This document shows, piece after piece, positions 54,067 to 62,129 of a stretch of 64,000 nt of DNA. Every line of letters begins with the position of its first letter. The first letter of the stretch is position 1. Under the pieces are notes generated by a model that saw only the letters and a list, made by a program, of their open reading frames with translations, did not search any database and was not told the origin of the DNA. The stretch lies in contig CBFHZD010000010.1 in assembly GCA_965660305.1 (NCBI GenBank), positions 5,591-69,590 of the forward strand, given 5' to 3'. The translations under genes were made by a program, and so were the position numbers. The stretch is from Flavobacteriales bacterium. GTDB taxonomy: Bacteria; Bacteroidota; Bacteroidia; Flavobacteriales_D; CAJJDF01.

Positions 54067-54084
54067 AATAGTTTTAAGTAAAAA

Positions 54085-54113
54085 AGAGGACCTAGGAGTC
54101 CTCTTTTTTTTTT
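54085..54113 (+). terminator. Rho-independent terminator of the S8 peptidase gene
   Basis: Arms agaggac / gtcctct, then T10. Confidence 0.8.
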
Positions 54114-54167
54114 CAATAATAATTCGGAAATACTCGACTAAAGTCTCCTTATCCATGTAAAGTAAAA

Positions 54168-54200
54168 AGTCCGACAAGAAATATTCTTATCGGACTTTTT
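54168..54200. terminator. Second terminator-like hairpin
   Basis: agtccga-c-aagaa-atat-ttctt-a-tcggact followed by T5, with A5 upstream. Confidence 0.6.
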
Positions 54201-54265
54201 GTTCGTTGGCACAAAACTCTCTAAAACAATGAAAACAACGAATTGGAATGTCCTAAAATTTAAAA

Positions 54266-54290
54266 AGCCCATCCTAAGATGGGCTTTTTT
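54266..54290 (+). terminator. Third terminator-like hairpin
   Basis: Arms agcccatc / gatgggct, a 4-nt loop, then T6. Confidence 0.65.
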
Positions 54291-54890
54291 GGCTCTATTT
54301 TAAAGCTTAAACTATCTAACTGTTCAATAAAAATGAGATCCTTCTGAATATTTTATAACCGAAATCAAAATTCTCCGAGCCAATAAAAAAACATAATGTT
54401 TTTCTATGTCACAAATGAACCAAAATCTTTGGAACGAAACAAGACAACAATCCTACATTGAAGTAATTTTGTAGTAAATAAAATAATATAAATCTGGTTT
54501 TGGAATAAGTTCCGAGTTAATAACCTTTTTATACTTAAAGAGCTCAAAGGGAATTTTTTAAGTTAATAGAGGAAGGAACAGATATAAAAACAAGAAAGAA
54601 CTGAGAGAAACGTCTGTGATAAGAAACAAAGACTTTTTACGGGAATTAATAAATATATTTTAGAAGAACGAATAAAACAAAATTAAATAAGTAGATTCCA
54701 CAATAGTGGAAATATCAAGTTGATTTGAGTTCTGTTGCATTAAACTAAAAACGACTGATTTTGATTATTTTTTATTGAAAATTAAAAATATCGAGTACTT
54801 ATTAATGTTGATTTAATTTTATGAAGGATGAGATTTTAATTAAAAACATTTAAAGCATAATTAATGCTATAAGACCATAATATTTTGTGA

Positions 54891-55100
54891 TTAAGTTAGA
54901 GGATCTAAACCACTTCCTCCTTTCGGATTGCACCTTTTAATTCTCCTCCATCCCATTAGCCCACCTTTCAAAAAGCCATATTTTTTTATGGCCTGTTTTG
55001 TGTATTCTGAACAGGAAGGTTTATACCTACACATATTTGGCAGTTTAGGTGAAATAAACTTTTGATATAAGAAAATTAAAAAAATAGAAATTCTTCTCAT
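54891..55100 (-). CDS. yidD: Membrane protein insertion efficiency factor
   Basis: 69 aa. YQKFISP....CRYKPSCSEY...AI.KYG..KG......RI.RCNP is the YidD signature. Confidence 0.9.
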   Translation of the reverse strand: MRRISIFLIFLYQKFISPKLPNMCRYKPSCSEYTKQAIKKYGFLKGGLMGWRRIKRCNPKGGSGLDPLT

Positions 55101-55453
55101 GAAACTAAATAATTTTAAACGTCAGACTAGTTATTAAATTTGGTTAAACTAACATGGTTACATTTTCCCTGAAATTCAAAGGCTCTATTGCCGGTTGCGC
55201 TAAAGGAATGGAGTCTTAATTCTCGCAAACTCTAAATAATTTGTCCAGCCTACCTGTTTGATGAGTAACTTTACTCAATGAATACTCCTTTCTATCCTTA
55301 TCAAAATCTACAAATTTCTGTTTTAAATCAACATATATGATTGTTTTGATAGTTTACCAATGCTAAAATAGTAAAAAAGAAGTAATTACCAAATTTTGTA
55401 AATGGTTCTAGATATCATTTCGGTTAATTACATAGAAATAATAGTAAGAATAC

Positions 55454-55461
55454 GGGGGGGG
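55454..55461. repeat. G8 homopolymer tract
   Basis: tacGGGGGGGGtatcc in an AT-rich non-coding spacer. Confidence 0.9.
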
Positions 55462-55664
55462 TATCCTTAAAGAAAGGAAATTCAAGCAGTCTTTTGTGAT
55501 AATGTGGAGTTCTTCGAAACGATTGAATGAATAATCAGTTTGTTTCAGAGGGATTCAAAGCACTAATAACGATCTAAAGTTCGAATATGTTGATAATTCA
55601 AATTTGGGATTTCTTAACGCAAGTTTATTATGCACTCTCTATTTCTTGTTTTGCTTTCGTTTAT

Positions 55665-56450
55665 CTATTTTAATTCTCTTTCAATTAAATTTAGGATTTC
55701 AACTATTCTTTTTCTCAAACTAATTGATTGACTATTTGTAAGCTTTGACATTGAGGCGCAATTAGCCACAATACCCTCAAAATCAGAGTTTTCTAATAGT
55801 TTGATGAGGTCTTTATCAATTTTTGAATTGCCAATGTTCAATCTGGATTTTGCTCCTTTATCTAATTGGAATTGACTTACCACATCATTTTCCCAATAAC
55901 CATTAATTACATTTCGAAAAGAATAGTATTTCATTATTACAGGATAATAATACTTCTCTCTATGTTTTAACCATTCCTGTTCCTCCTCGGTAACCTGAAC
56001 TATTTCAGTAGTCCAGCGAGATAACTTTTCTTTTAACATTCCATTTTGTAACAATTGAATTCTACCTGAACTCATAATATCATTAATTATAGGATCAAAA
56101 GTAGGTGCAAGTTTAATTTGTCCAACATGTTTTAATATGCTGTCATTGTCGTAAGTTTCCTTTTTGTCAATGTAATCCAATAGTTTTAAAGATGATGAAA
56201 TCATCATTTTTCTAAGCGTAATTTTGCGGTCTAACTGCCTCAGGTTACTTTGAAACTCCGATTGCAATTGAGTTAGTAATTGGATCTCTTGTAACCGTTC
56301 TTTTCTACTTTCATTCCAATTATTTATACTTAAAGCAATTAAAATACCTATAACAACAAGAACTATTTCTCCAGTGGCATATATCAAATACTTAGTCAAT
56401 TTATTTTCAGACACAACCCTTTGTCTTATTTTTCTTAAGAATTTATTCAT
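55665..56450 (-). CDS. DUF6090-like single-pass membrane protein
   Basis: The N-terminus FLRKIRQRVVSENKLTKYLIYATGEIVLVVIGILIALSINNWNE matches my recollection of the DUF6090 signature. Confidence 0.65.
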   Translation of the reverse strand: MNKFLRKIRQRVVSENKLTKYLIYATGEIVLVVIGILIALSINNWNESRKERLQEIQLLTQLQSEFQSNLRQLDRKITLRKMMISSSLKLLDYIDKKETYDNDSILKHVGQIKLAPTFDPIINDIMSSGRIQLLQNGMLKEKLSRWTTEIVQVTEEEQEWLKHREKYYYPVIMKYYSFRNVINGYWENDVVSQFQLDKGAKSRLNIGNSKIDKDLIKLLENSDFEGIVANCASMSKLTNSQSISLRKRIVEILNLIERELK

Positions 56451-56643
56451 TTGGTTATGGGTTGCTTATGATAAAGCACAATCAATTGTTTTTTGCTTTT
56501 TAATTTTCATCCTTTCTAATCGAATCAACAATGTGTATGAGACTGTATAGAAATTTACTTTTAAAGATGTTGTATCATCAAACATCTTTTTTAATCAATT
56601 TCTTAAAATCAACACTGATTCTTGAAATCAATTTCATTAAATC

Positions 56644-57114
56644 CTAATCAAACCATCCGTCAAAAAAAGCCCCCTCTACAAAATCATTGTATTCTTCTAG
56701 TCTCTCTTTTCTTCTATTGGACCAATATTCTTTGTATGTCAAATATGGTGATTTAAGAAATGCAAAAGGCTTTAATGAAAAACCTTTTTTTTCATAATTA
56801 CTAAGTTCGTCACTTGTATGAATAAGTTTTTCAATAGCTATTTTTATTTGCATCGTATCTTTGTATGCAAAGTAACTATCTATTTTTGCATCCAATTCAA
56901 TTAAAATACTGTCTTTAACAAAATCAGCTCTTTTCTTTTCTTGTATCAGTCTGCTCCGCTCTCTGGAGTTTTGGTTACACGTATAAAGAGAGAGAGAAAG
57001 AGAAATTGCGAAAGTTAAACCCAGGAGTTTCAGAATAGCTGGTGGAATATTAAAAAAAAGTGCAGATCCAATACCAACAGCGCATAGGGACGTAAGTAGT
57101 ACTAATTCATTCAT
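56644..57114 (-). CDS. Hypothetical 2-TM membrane protein with a helical cytoplasmic tail
   Basis: 156-aa ORF. It overlaps the upstream ORF by 8 nt. No family recognised. Confidence 0.5.
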   Translation of the reverse strand: MNELVLLTSLCAVGIGSALFFNIPPAILKLLGLTFAISLSLSLYTCNQNSRERSRLIQEKKRADFVKDSILIELDAKIDSYFAYKDTMQIKIAIEKLIHTSDELSNYEKKGFSLKPFAFLKSPYLTYKEYWSNRRKERLEEYNDFVEGAFFDGWFD

Positions 57115-57403
57115 TGACTATCTTTTTTGTTGTTATTTTCTTTTTGAAAAAATTAAATAAATATACTGTGATTTTCATAACCAAAAAACCGATAATGGCA
57201 GAGACAATGATGTTGGAATAAACAAACTCGTCATCAGTTAGAATAACTTTATCAGTCCAAAACCCATAAATATTTCTCCAACTGGATTTTTCAAAATATA
57301 ATTCTAACAAGTCTATTGAGATTAAGCCAGCAACCCAACCAATTAATTGTGCAAAAACCTCTTCTAATAAAAATACCAAAAATTTCACTATTCTTTTTTT
57401 CAT
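57107..57403 (-). CDS. Hypothetical small 2-TM membrane protein
   Basis: 98-aa ORF with two hydrophobic spans and a K-rich tail. No family recognised. Confidence 0.5.
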   Translation of the reverse strand: MKKRIVKFLVFLLEEVFAQLIGWVAGLISIDLLELYFEKSSWRNIYGFWTDKVILTDDEFVYSNIIVSAIIGFLVMKITVYLFNFFKKKITTKKIVNE

Positions 57404-57645
57404 AATTCAAATTTATAAAATCTAAAAGAATGAATGGCCCATAACAAGTCCACCTTTAAATGGAACATTTTTTTTTATCGTTATTTTCGATAAGTTTGAG
57501 CGTATTTTTTTATACACAAATATATTCCAACCTAATTTTAGGTACGATCAATTTTACTGCAACAAAATATTAGTTTAAGATGAAAAATAATAACTCAGCG
57601 ATTTTTAAAAAGCGAAAGAAAAAACGAAAAAAAAAGAAAAAAAAT

Positions 57646-58212
57646 ATGCCGCTTTTTTCAAAAAACTTTAATACGTTCTTTGATGGTTTTTTTGAGGATT
57701 CAAATTCAGATTCAACGGAAGATTACAGGGAAGATTCAAATACAGATTCAGCAGATGGTTACTCGGAAATTAGTTCTTCCGATGGGTGGATACGACTACC
57801 AAATAGTCTACCATTATCAAATCTAGGTTCCACTGGAGGTTGCTCAGGATGTAGTTCTTTCGGAGGTTGCTCACCATTTTCAAATAACTTGCCATTATCA
57901 TATCTAAAATCAACTGGAGGTCGCTCGGGATTTAGTTCTTTGAAGGGCCGTTCACCGCTTTCAAATAACTTGCCATTATCATATCTAAAATCAACTAGAG
58001 GTTGCTCGGGATTTAGTTCTTTGAAGGGTTGTTCACCATTTTCAAATAACTTGCCATCATCAAATCTAGGATTAACTAGAGGTTGCTCGGGATGTAGTTC
58101 GTTTAGTGGGTGTTCACCATTTTCAACTTGTTCTACTTTTTTTCCAATATTAATGACACTGATTGGAGTGTTTTTTGGAACTTTAATACTGATTGGTCTA
58201 TCAATACAATAA
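57646..58212 (+). CDS. Alternative reading of the same repeat: acidic N-terminus, Cys/Ser/Gly-rich 27-aa units and a C-terminal TM anchor
   Basis: ATG preceded by an A/G-rich leader. It uses the genome-preferred GGA/GGT/CCA/TCA codons and ends FFPILMTLIGVFFGTLILIGLSIQ. Inter-unit changes are non-conservative (K/G, C/R, C/F). Mutually exclusive with the minus-strand call. Confidence 0.3.
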   Translation: MPLFSKNFNTFFDGFFEDSNSDSTEDYREDSNTDSADGYSEISSSDGWIRLPNSLPLSNLGSTGGCSGCSSFGGCSPFSNNLPLSYLKSTGGRSGFSSLKGRSPLSNNLPLSYLKSTRGCSGFSSLKGCSPFSNNLPSSNLGLTRGCSGCSSFSGCSPFSTCSTFFPILMTLIGVFFGTLILIGLSIQ

Positions 58213-58262
58213 AAACGCGTCATTGATTTGAACCCAAATATTGTTGAGATAAAAAACAACAT
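57759..58262 (-). CDS. Hypothetical repeat protein (27-aa units LFENGEQPFKELNPEQPLVDFRYDNGK); the coding strand is uncertain
   Basis: The first codon position is purine/G-rich. Substitutions between units are mostly conservative in this frame (D/E, Y/F, K/R, N/D, N/S). However, it uses rarer codons (CCC, GGC). Confidence 0.4.
   Translation of the reverse strand: MLFFISTIFGFKSMTRFYCIDRPISIKVPKNTPISVINIGKKVEQVENGEHPLNELHPEQPLVNPRFDDGKLFENGEQPFKELNPEQPLVDFRYDNGKLFESGERPFKELNPERPPVDFRYDNGKLFENGEQPPKELHPEQPPVEPRFDNGRLFGSRIHPSEELISE
57808..58131. repeat. Tandem repeat, 4 x 81 bp
   Basis: Copies at 57808-57888, 57889-57969, 57970-58050 and 58051-58131. The string caaataacttgccat(t/c)atca recurs at exactly 81-bp intervals. 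Confidence 0.92.
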
Positions 58263-58730
58263 GACCTCAGAAAAACTACTTCTGAACCTCGAAAGATTAA
58301 CATTTTGCTATTTTATAATTTTCAAGTTATCAAAAGGGTAGTAAGCACCTAAATAGAAAGAATTACTAAATCCAAATTGTTTTCTACGAGCTACAGAAAA
58401 GAATACTTTCGCTAAACTTAATTCCTATTTCGGAATATTTCTGCTCAGATTTCAACATGAATATTGGATTAGGTTCTGATAGAATCTGACAGCATTTTAA
58501 AAGAAAACCTCCACATTAATGAGGGCTCTCTCTTTTTTCAGTTATCCACTCCGGGAAAGAATCAAATATTATAACTCAGGACTTTAGAGTCTAATAAATA
58601 AGAAACTAAAGAAGACATTGCATAAGAATTAATTGTCAGTTGATTCAAAAACAAGAATATTTCAGAAAAATTCAATTAAGATTTGTTTTTTAAATTATTT
58701 CTGGGAGCAACAATCCTATTTACTTTTGTT

Positions 58731-59144
58731 CTAATGAGGTAACTTATCTCTTAGTAATCCATATAAAAATGTACCGAAAGTTGCACTTAAAATCACTATA
58801 CCAATAGACCAAATTCCTTTTCCGACAAGGACGAACATTGGTCCTGGACATGCGCCTGTCATTGCCCAACCAAGGCCAAATATTGAACCACCAATTAGGT
58901 ATCTAGCGTAACCCTTATTTTTTGGTGCTAATATTATATCGTCACCTTCTGTAGATTTAATTTTTTTTACTTTGATTATCTGAACCGCTAGGATACCTAT
59001 CATTACAGCCGATCCAATTATTCCATACATATGAAAAGATTCAAAACGAAACATTTCATATATTCGGTACCAAGAAATAACCTCTGATTTACTCATTATT
59101 ACTCCAAATATGATCCCTACTATTAAAAACTTAATGAATTTCAT
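58731..59144 (-). CDS. YeeE/YedE-type sulfur-compound transporter, short half (DUF6691-like)
   Basis: 137 aa, 4 TM helices, GWAMTGACPGPMF motif. Confidence 0.8.
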   Translation of the reverse strand: MKFIKFLIVGIIFGVIMSKSEVISWYRIYEMFRFESFHMYGIIGSAVMIGILAVQIIKVKKIKSTEGDDIILAPKNKGYARYLIGGSIFGLGWAMTGACPGPMFVLVGKGIWSIGIVILSATFGTFLYGLLRDKLPH

Positions 59145-59147
59145 GTT

Positions 59148-60497
59148 TTAAAAATTAAAGTTTGCTACCAAATTGAATTGATTAAAGTTTGTCTTATTAT
59201 GTTCTTGAGCTTGTATAATGTTCTTTGATAATGATCTGCGATACACATAAAGAAATCTGAGTTCCAACCCTTCTAATTTTTTTCTAAATGTATAATTACA
59301 ATCTAAATTGAACTGATCATATGAGCTTAATTGATACTTATTAAATTTCAAGTTATCATTTGTTAACATTCTGTTCCAGTGAATATTAAACGTAGCTTTT
59401 TTGATTTTTTTTATCAAGCTAACACCGATACTTGTAGCATCCCCAAATCCTTCGATTTGACTCCTTGAAATGAATGTGTAAAAAGGATCTACTCCGAACT
59501 CTCTTGGAAATATAAATTTACCTTTATCAAAAATATGTGTCCCATTTAACTGAAGGTCACAAAAAGAAAAGTGATAACCAATCCTTCCGCTTATAGCATG
59601 AGTTTTGTCGGATAAATCATGATATCTTTCAACTTTATTGACCGAACCTCCATTTCCAATCCCAAATTGATTTAAATAGATAAAACCGCTGTAAAGGGAA
59701 GAATCAACATCTTTCTCTATTTTGACCATCGTGGTGTTCGATATGTTGTCTAAATAGTATTCCCAAATTTCAAATGAACTGCCATTTGAGTTTTTATGTT
59801 TCCACCCAAGAAGCCCCAAACCATTGCTAGATAATTTCTTATGATATTGTGCGGGTGTTCCATTTGGTAAAGAACCATTGCTATATAATCCAATTGCATC
59901 TTCAATTCTGTACCAATGAGTTGTTGATCTCGGAGAGGCTCCAGTGAACCAAGCTACAGTAAAATCATTTTCTTTGATTTGATATGAACTTTTAAAACCT
60001 GAGAAAACTTTGGGCTTCATCCTACCATCATGTAAATTGACCAATGGAGTTACTATTTCCATTTTACCAACTACGAATCGAAAACTTTGATGTTCGTACT
60101 TAATGTACAATTCTTCTAGTCTATCCAAATCATTAAAATTACCTTTATGCTCTATGTCAAACAATTGTAATTCATACTTAGAAGTTGAAAAAGAAACTGG
60201 ATCAACCTTTAACAGGTCATTGGAAAACAATCGGTAGACAAATATCCCATTTAACCCTATACTGAATCCCTTAAAAGGAAGAGTTTCATAGTGAACAGAA
60301 GCACCTATGGCACTTGCATAATAATCTGTTAGATCATTGTGATTAATAGTAGCCATTGAGAAGTTTCTAATTTGTCCACTGAAGTGTCCTTTCTTAAAAC
60401 AATCTACTATTTTTGGACTTATGGTTGAATCTCCATGGTTGGCGAAAGATCCAGAAACTAAGAGACTTAAAAAAAATGAATAAAGTATCCTCATCAA
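59148..60497 (-). CDS. Outer-membrane beta-barrel porin-like protein
   Basis: Signal peptide MMRILYSFFLSLLVSGSFA. OprD-like N-terminal pattern GHFSGQIRNFSMAT..DYYASAIGASVHYET.PFKGFS.GL. Alternating strands and a C-terminal aromatic beta-signal, NLVANFNF-stop. Confidence 0.65.
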   Translation of the reverse strand: MMRILYSFFLSLLVSGSFANHGDSTISPKIVDCFKKGHFSGQIRNFSMATINHNDLTDYYASAIGASVHYETLPFKGFSIGLNGIFVYRLFSNDLLKVDPVSFSTSKYELQLFDIEHKGNFNDLDRLEELYIKYEHQSFRFVVGKMEIVTPLVNLHDGRMKPKVFSGFKSSYQIKENDFTVAWFTGASPRSTTHWYRIEDAIGLYSNGSLPNGTPAQYHKKLSSNGLGLLGWKHKNSNGSSFEIWEYYLDNISNTTMVKIEKDVDSSLYSGFIYLNQFGIGNGGSVNKVERYHDLSDKTHAISGRIGYHFSFCDLQLNGTHIFDKGKFIFPREFGVDPFYTFISRSQIEGFGDATSIGVSLIKKIKKATFNIHWNRMLTNDNLKFNKYQLSSYDQFNLDCNYTFRKKLEGLELRFLYVYRRSLSKNIIQAQEHNKTNFNQFNLVANFNF

Positions 60498-60498
60498 T

Positions 60499-61056
60499 TT
60501 AGAGTATGAAAGGTAATACCAAATAGGTCATAACAAGCCCACCAATAAAAAAACCGACAACAGCAATTAGAGAGGGTAATTGTAAGTTACTTAACCCACT
60601 AATTGCATGCCCAGAAGTGCACCCTCCAGCGTATCGTGTACCAAAACCAACTAATATTCCTCCAATGATTAAAAATAACCAACCTTTGATTGTATAGAGT
60701 GCTTCAATTCCAAAAATACTTTCTGGTAAATATGACTTTCCAACATCTTTCATTCCAAGTAATTCTAAACTTTCTACAGTTTTTGGATTTAGATTAATAC
60801 TGTGATCAATTGTTAGGTATTCATTTGATATGTAACCACCAATTACTGCCCCAGCAACAAAAATTAAATTCCAAACTTGTGATTTCCAATCAAATTTGAA
60901 GAAATCTGAAATTTTTCCAGCTCCGGCAATACTACAAACAGTTCTTAAGTTGGAAGAAACTCCAAATGATTTTCCAAACAAAAGTAATAACACCATAACC
61001 ATTGCGATTACTGGACCTGCAACATACCAAGGCCACTGCTCATATATCCAATTCAT
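60499..61056 (-). CDS. YeeE/YedE-type sulfur-compound transporter, long half
   Basis: 185 aa. [23 protein letters not shown] and [13 protein letters not shown] motifs. Confidence 0.85.
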   Translation of the reverse strand: MNWIYEQWPWYVAGPVIAMVMVLLLLFGKSFGVSSNLRTVCSIAGAGKISDFFKFDWKSQVWNLIFVAGAVIGGYISNEYLTIDHSINLNPKTVESLELLGMKDVGKSYLPESIFGIEALYTIKGWLFLIIGGILVGFGTRYAGGCTSGHAISGLSNLQLPSLIAVVGFFIGGLVMTYLVLPFIL

Positions 61057-61118
61057 AGTTCTAGATTATTTATTTGTGCGAATGTAAATTTCTTTACAAT
61101 AACCTTCAGTAACAATAG

Positions 61119-62129
61119 TTACTTTGAGAATAAGCCAAAGGTTTTAAATAAATGAAACAGTCCGGGTAAAACGAAAACAGCTGCAACTAAAAGTGAATAG
61201 CCTAAAGAGGAAAAGACAATATCTGGAGGGGTATTTTCTAAAATAGACACATTACCTTCTTTAAGAAGAATCATATTAGGAAAAGAAAAAGCGCACCACC
61301 CCAATAAAATTGTAGATAATTGAATTCCAACAATTAACCTAGAGAGGGTTTTCTTTTTATTTTGCAATGCTTTCCAAAGTGGCAACAATAATAAAGTTGC
61401 AAAAATGAAAATAAATATAGAATATCCATTTTTGAGCAAAACCTCTAAAAAAGGTCTCGTACTAAAAATGGCTTCTAAAAAAATTAAGCTTCCAGAAATG
61501 ACTATGGCTAAATTTGCTCTTTTTACTTTTCTTATATAATACTGACGTTCCGTTCCTTTAGTTTCGCCAGAAATAAATATTGCAGACGTAAATGCTGTTA
61601 GTGCCGTAACGAAAAAACCAACAAATAAAGAAAAAGGATTCAACCATGTATTAATGTATAACTCAACAAAACTTTTTCCTTCAATCATATCAGGATGAAT
61701 CATTTCACCGCTGACCAAAGCTCCTGCAATAACTCCTATAATCAGAGGGGTAAATACACTTGATATTTCAAAAATTTTATCATAGAGAATTTGACTTTCA
61801 TCTTGGTAGGCATCATAGTGTCTAAATACAAACGCAGTACCTCTTCCAATAATTCCAACTAGTAATAAAGAAATTGGGATATGTAATTGAGTAACTATTA
61901 AATTGTAATAAATTGGAAATCCAATCCATAGAATTACAATACAAATGATTAGCCATATATGATTAGCTTCCCAAACGGGACCAATAACTCGATAGGCTGT
62001 GTCTTTTGTGATTTTTTTATTCTTTTTACTTGAGAAAAATTCTAACACTCCAACTCCAAAATCTGCTCCACCGAAAGTCAAGTAAAATAAAATTGAAAGA
62101 AATAAAAATGCGAGTACAACCACTATCAT
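61119..62129 (-). CDS. cydB: Cytochrome bd ubiquinol oxidase subunit II
   Basis: 336 aa, polytopic. Its start overlaps the cydA stop by 4 nt. The N-terminal GGADFGVG-type motif is present. Confidence 0.88.
   Translation of the reverse strand: MIVVVLAFLFLSILFYLTFGGADFGVGVLEFFSSKKNKKITKDTAYRVIGPVWEANHIWLIICIVILWIGFPIYYNLIVTQLHIPISLLLVGIIGRGTAFVFRHYDAYQDESQILYDKIFEISSVFTPLIIGVIAGALVSGEMIHPDMIEGKSFVELYINTWLNPFSLFVGFFVTALTAFTSAIFISGETKGTERQYYIRKVKRANLAIVISGSLIFLEAIFSTRPFLEVLLKNGYSIFIFIFATLLLLPLWKALQNKKKTLSRLIVGIQLSTILLGWCAFSFPNMILLKEGNVSILENTPPDIVFSSLGYSLLVAAVFVLPGLFHLFKTFGLFSK

Noticed and set aside
54161-54200. AAAGTCCG string reminiscent of the RNase P RNA conserved region. I also checked the long spacers 54067-54890 and 55101-55664 for tmRNA, SRP or 6S RNA.
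   Set aside because: The string is simply one arm of a terminator hairpin. None of the other universally conserved RNase P, tmRNA (tRNA-like GGTTCGA..CCA end) or SRP (GGAAGCAG-type) elements are visible.
55150-55340. Stop-free minus-strand stretch ...IIYVDLKQKFVDFDKDRKEYSLSKVTHQTGRLDKLFRVCEN-stop upstream of yidD (possible rnpA-like or other gene remnant)
   Set aside because: It has no start codon, spans only about 44 codons, and I recognise no motif. It is noted only as part of the gene-poor islet.
57580-57645. Track start of the plus-strand repeat ORF, MKNNNSAIFKKRKKKRKKKKKN
   Set aside because: The poly-Lys is a translation of an A/G-rich tract. If the plus strand is coding at all, the ATG at 57646 is the more credible start and the A-rich tract is its leader.
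57808-58131. CRISPR array as an explanation for the 81-bp periodicity
   Set aside because: The units are contiguous with no unique spacers, they are too long and too divergent for CRISPR repeats, and no cas genes are present.
58300-58420. Minus-strand fragment ...VARRKQFGFSNSFYLGAYYPFDNLKIIK-stop that looks like a beta-barrel C-terminus
   Set aside because: It spans 37 codons without a start codon and has no terminal aromatic residue. That is insufficient to call a pseudogene.
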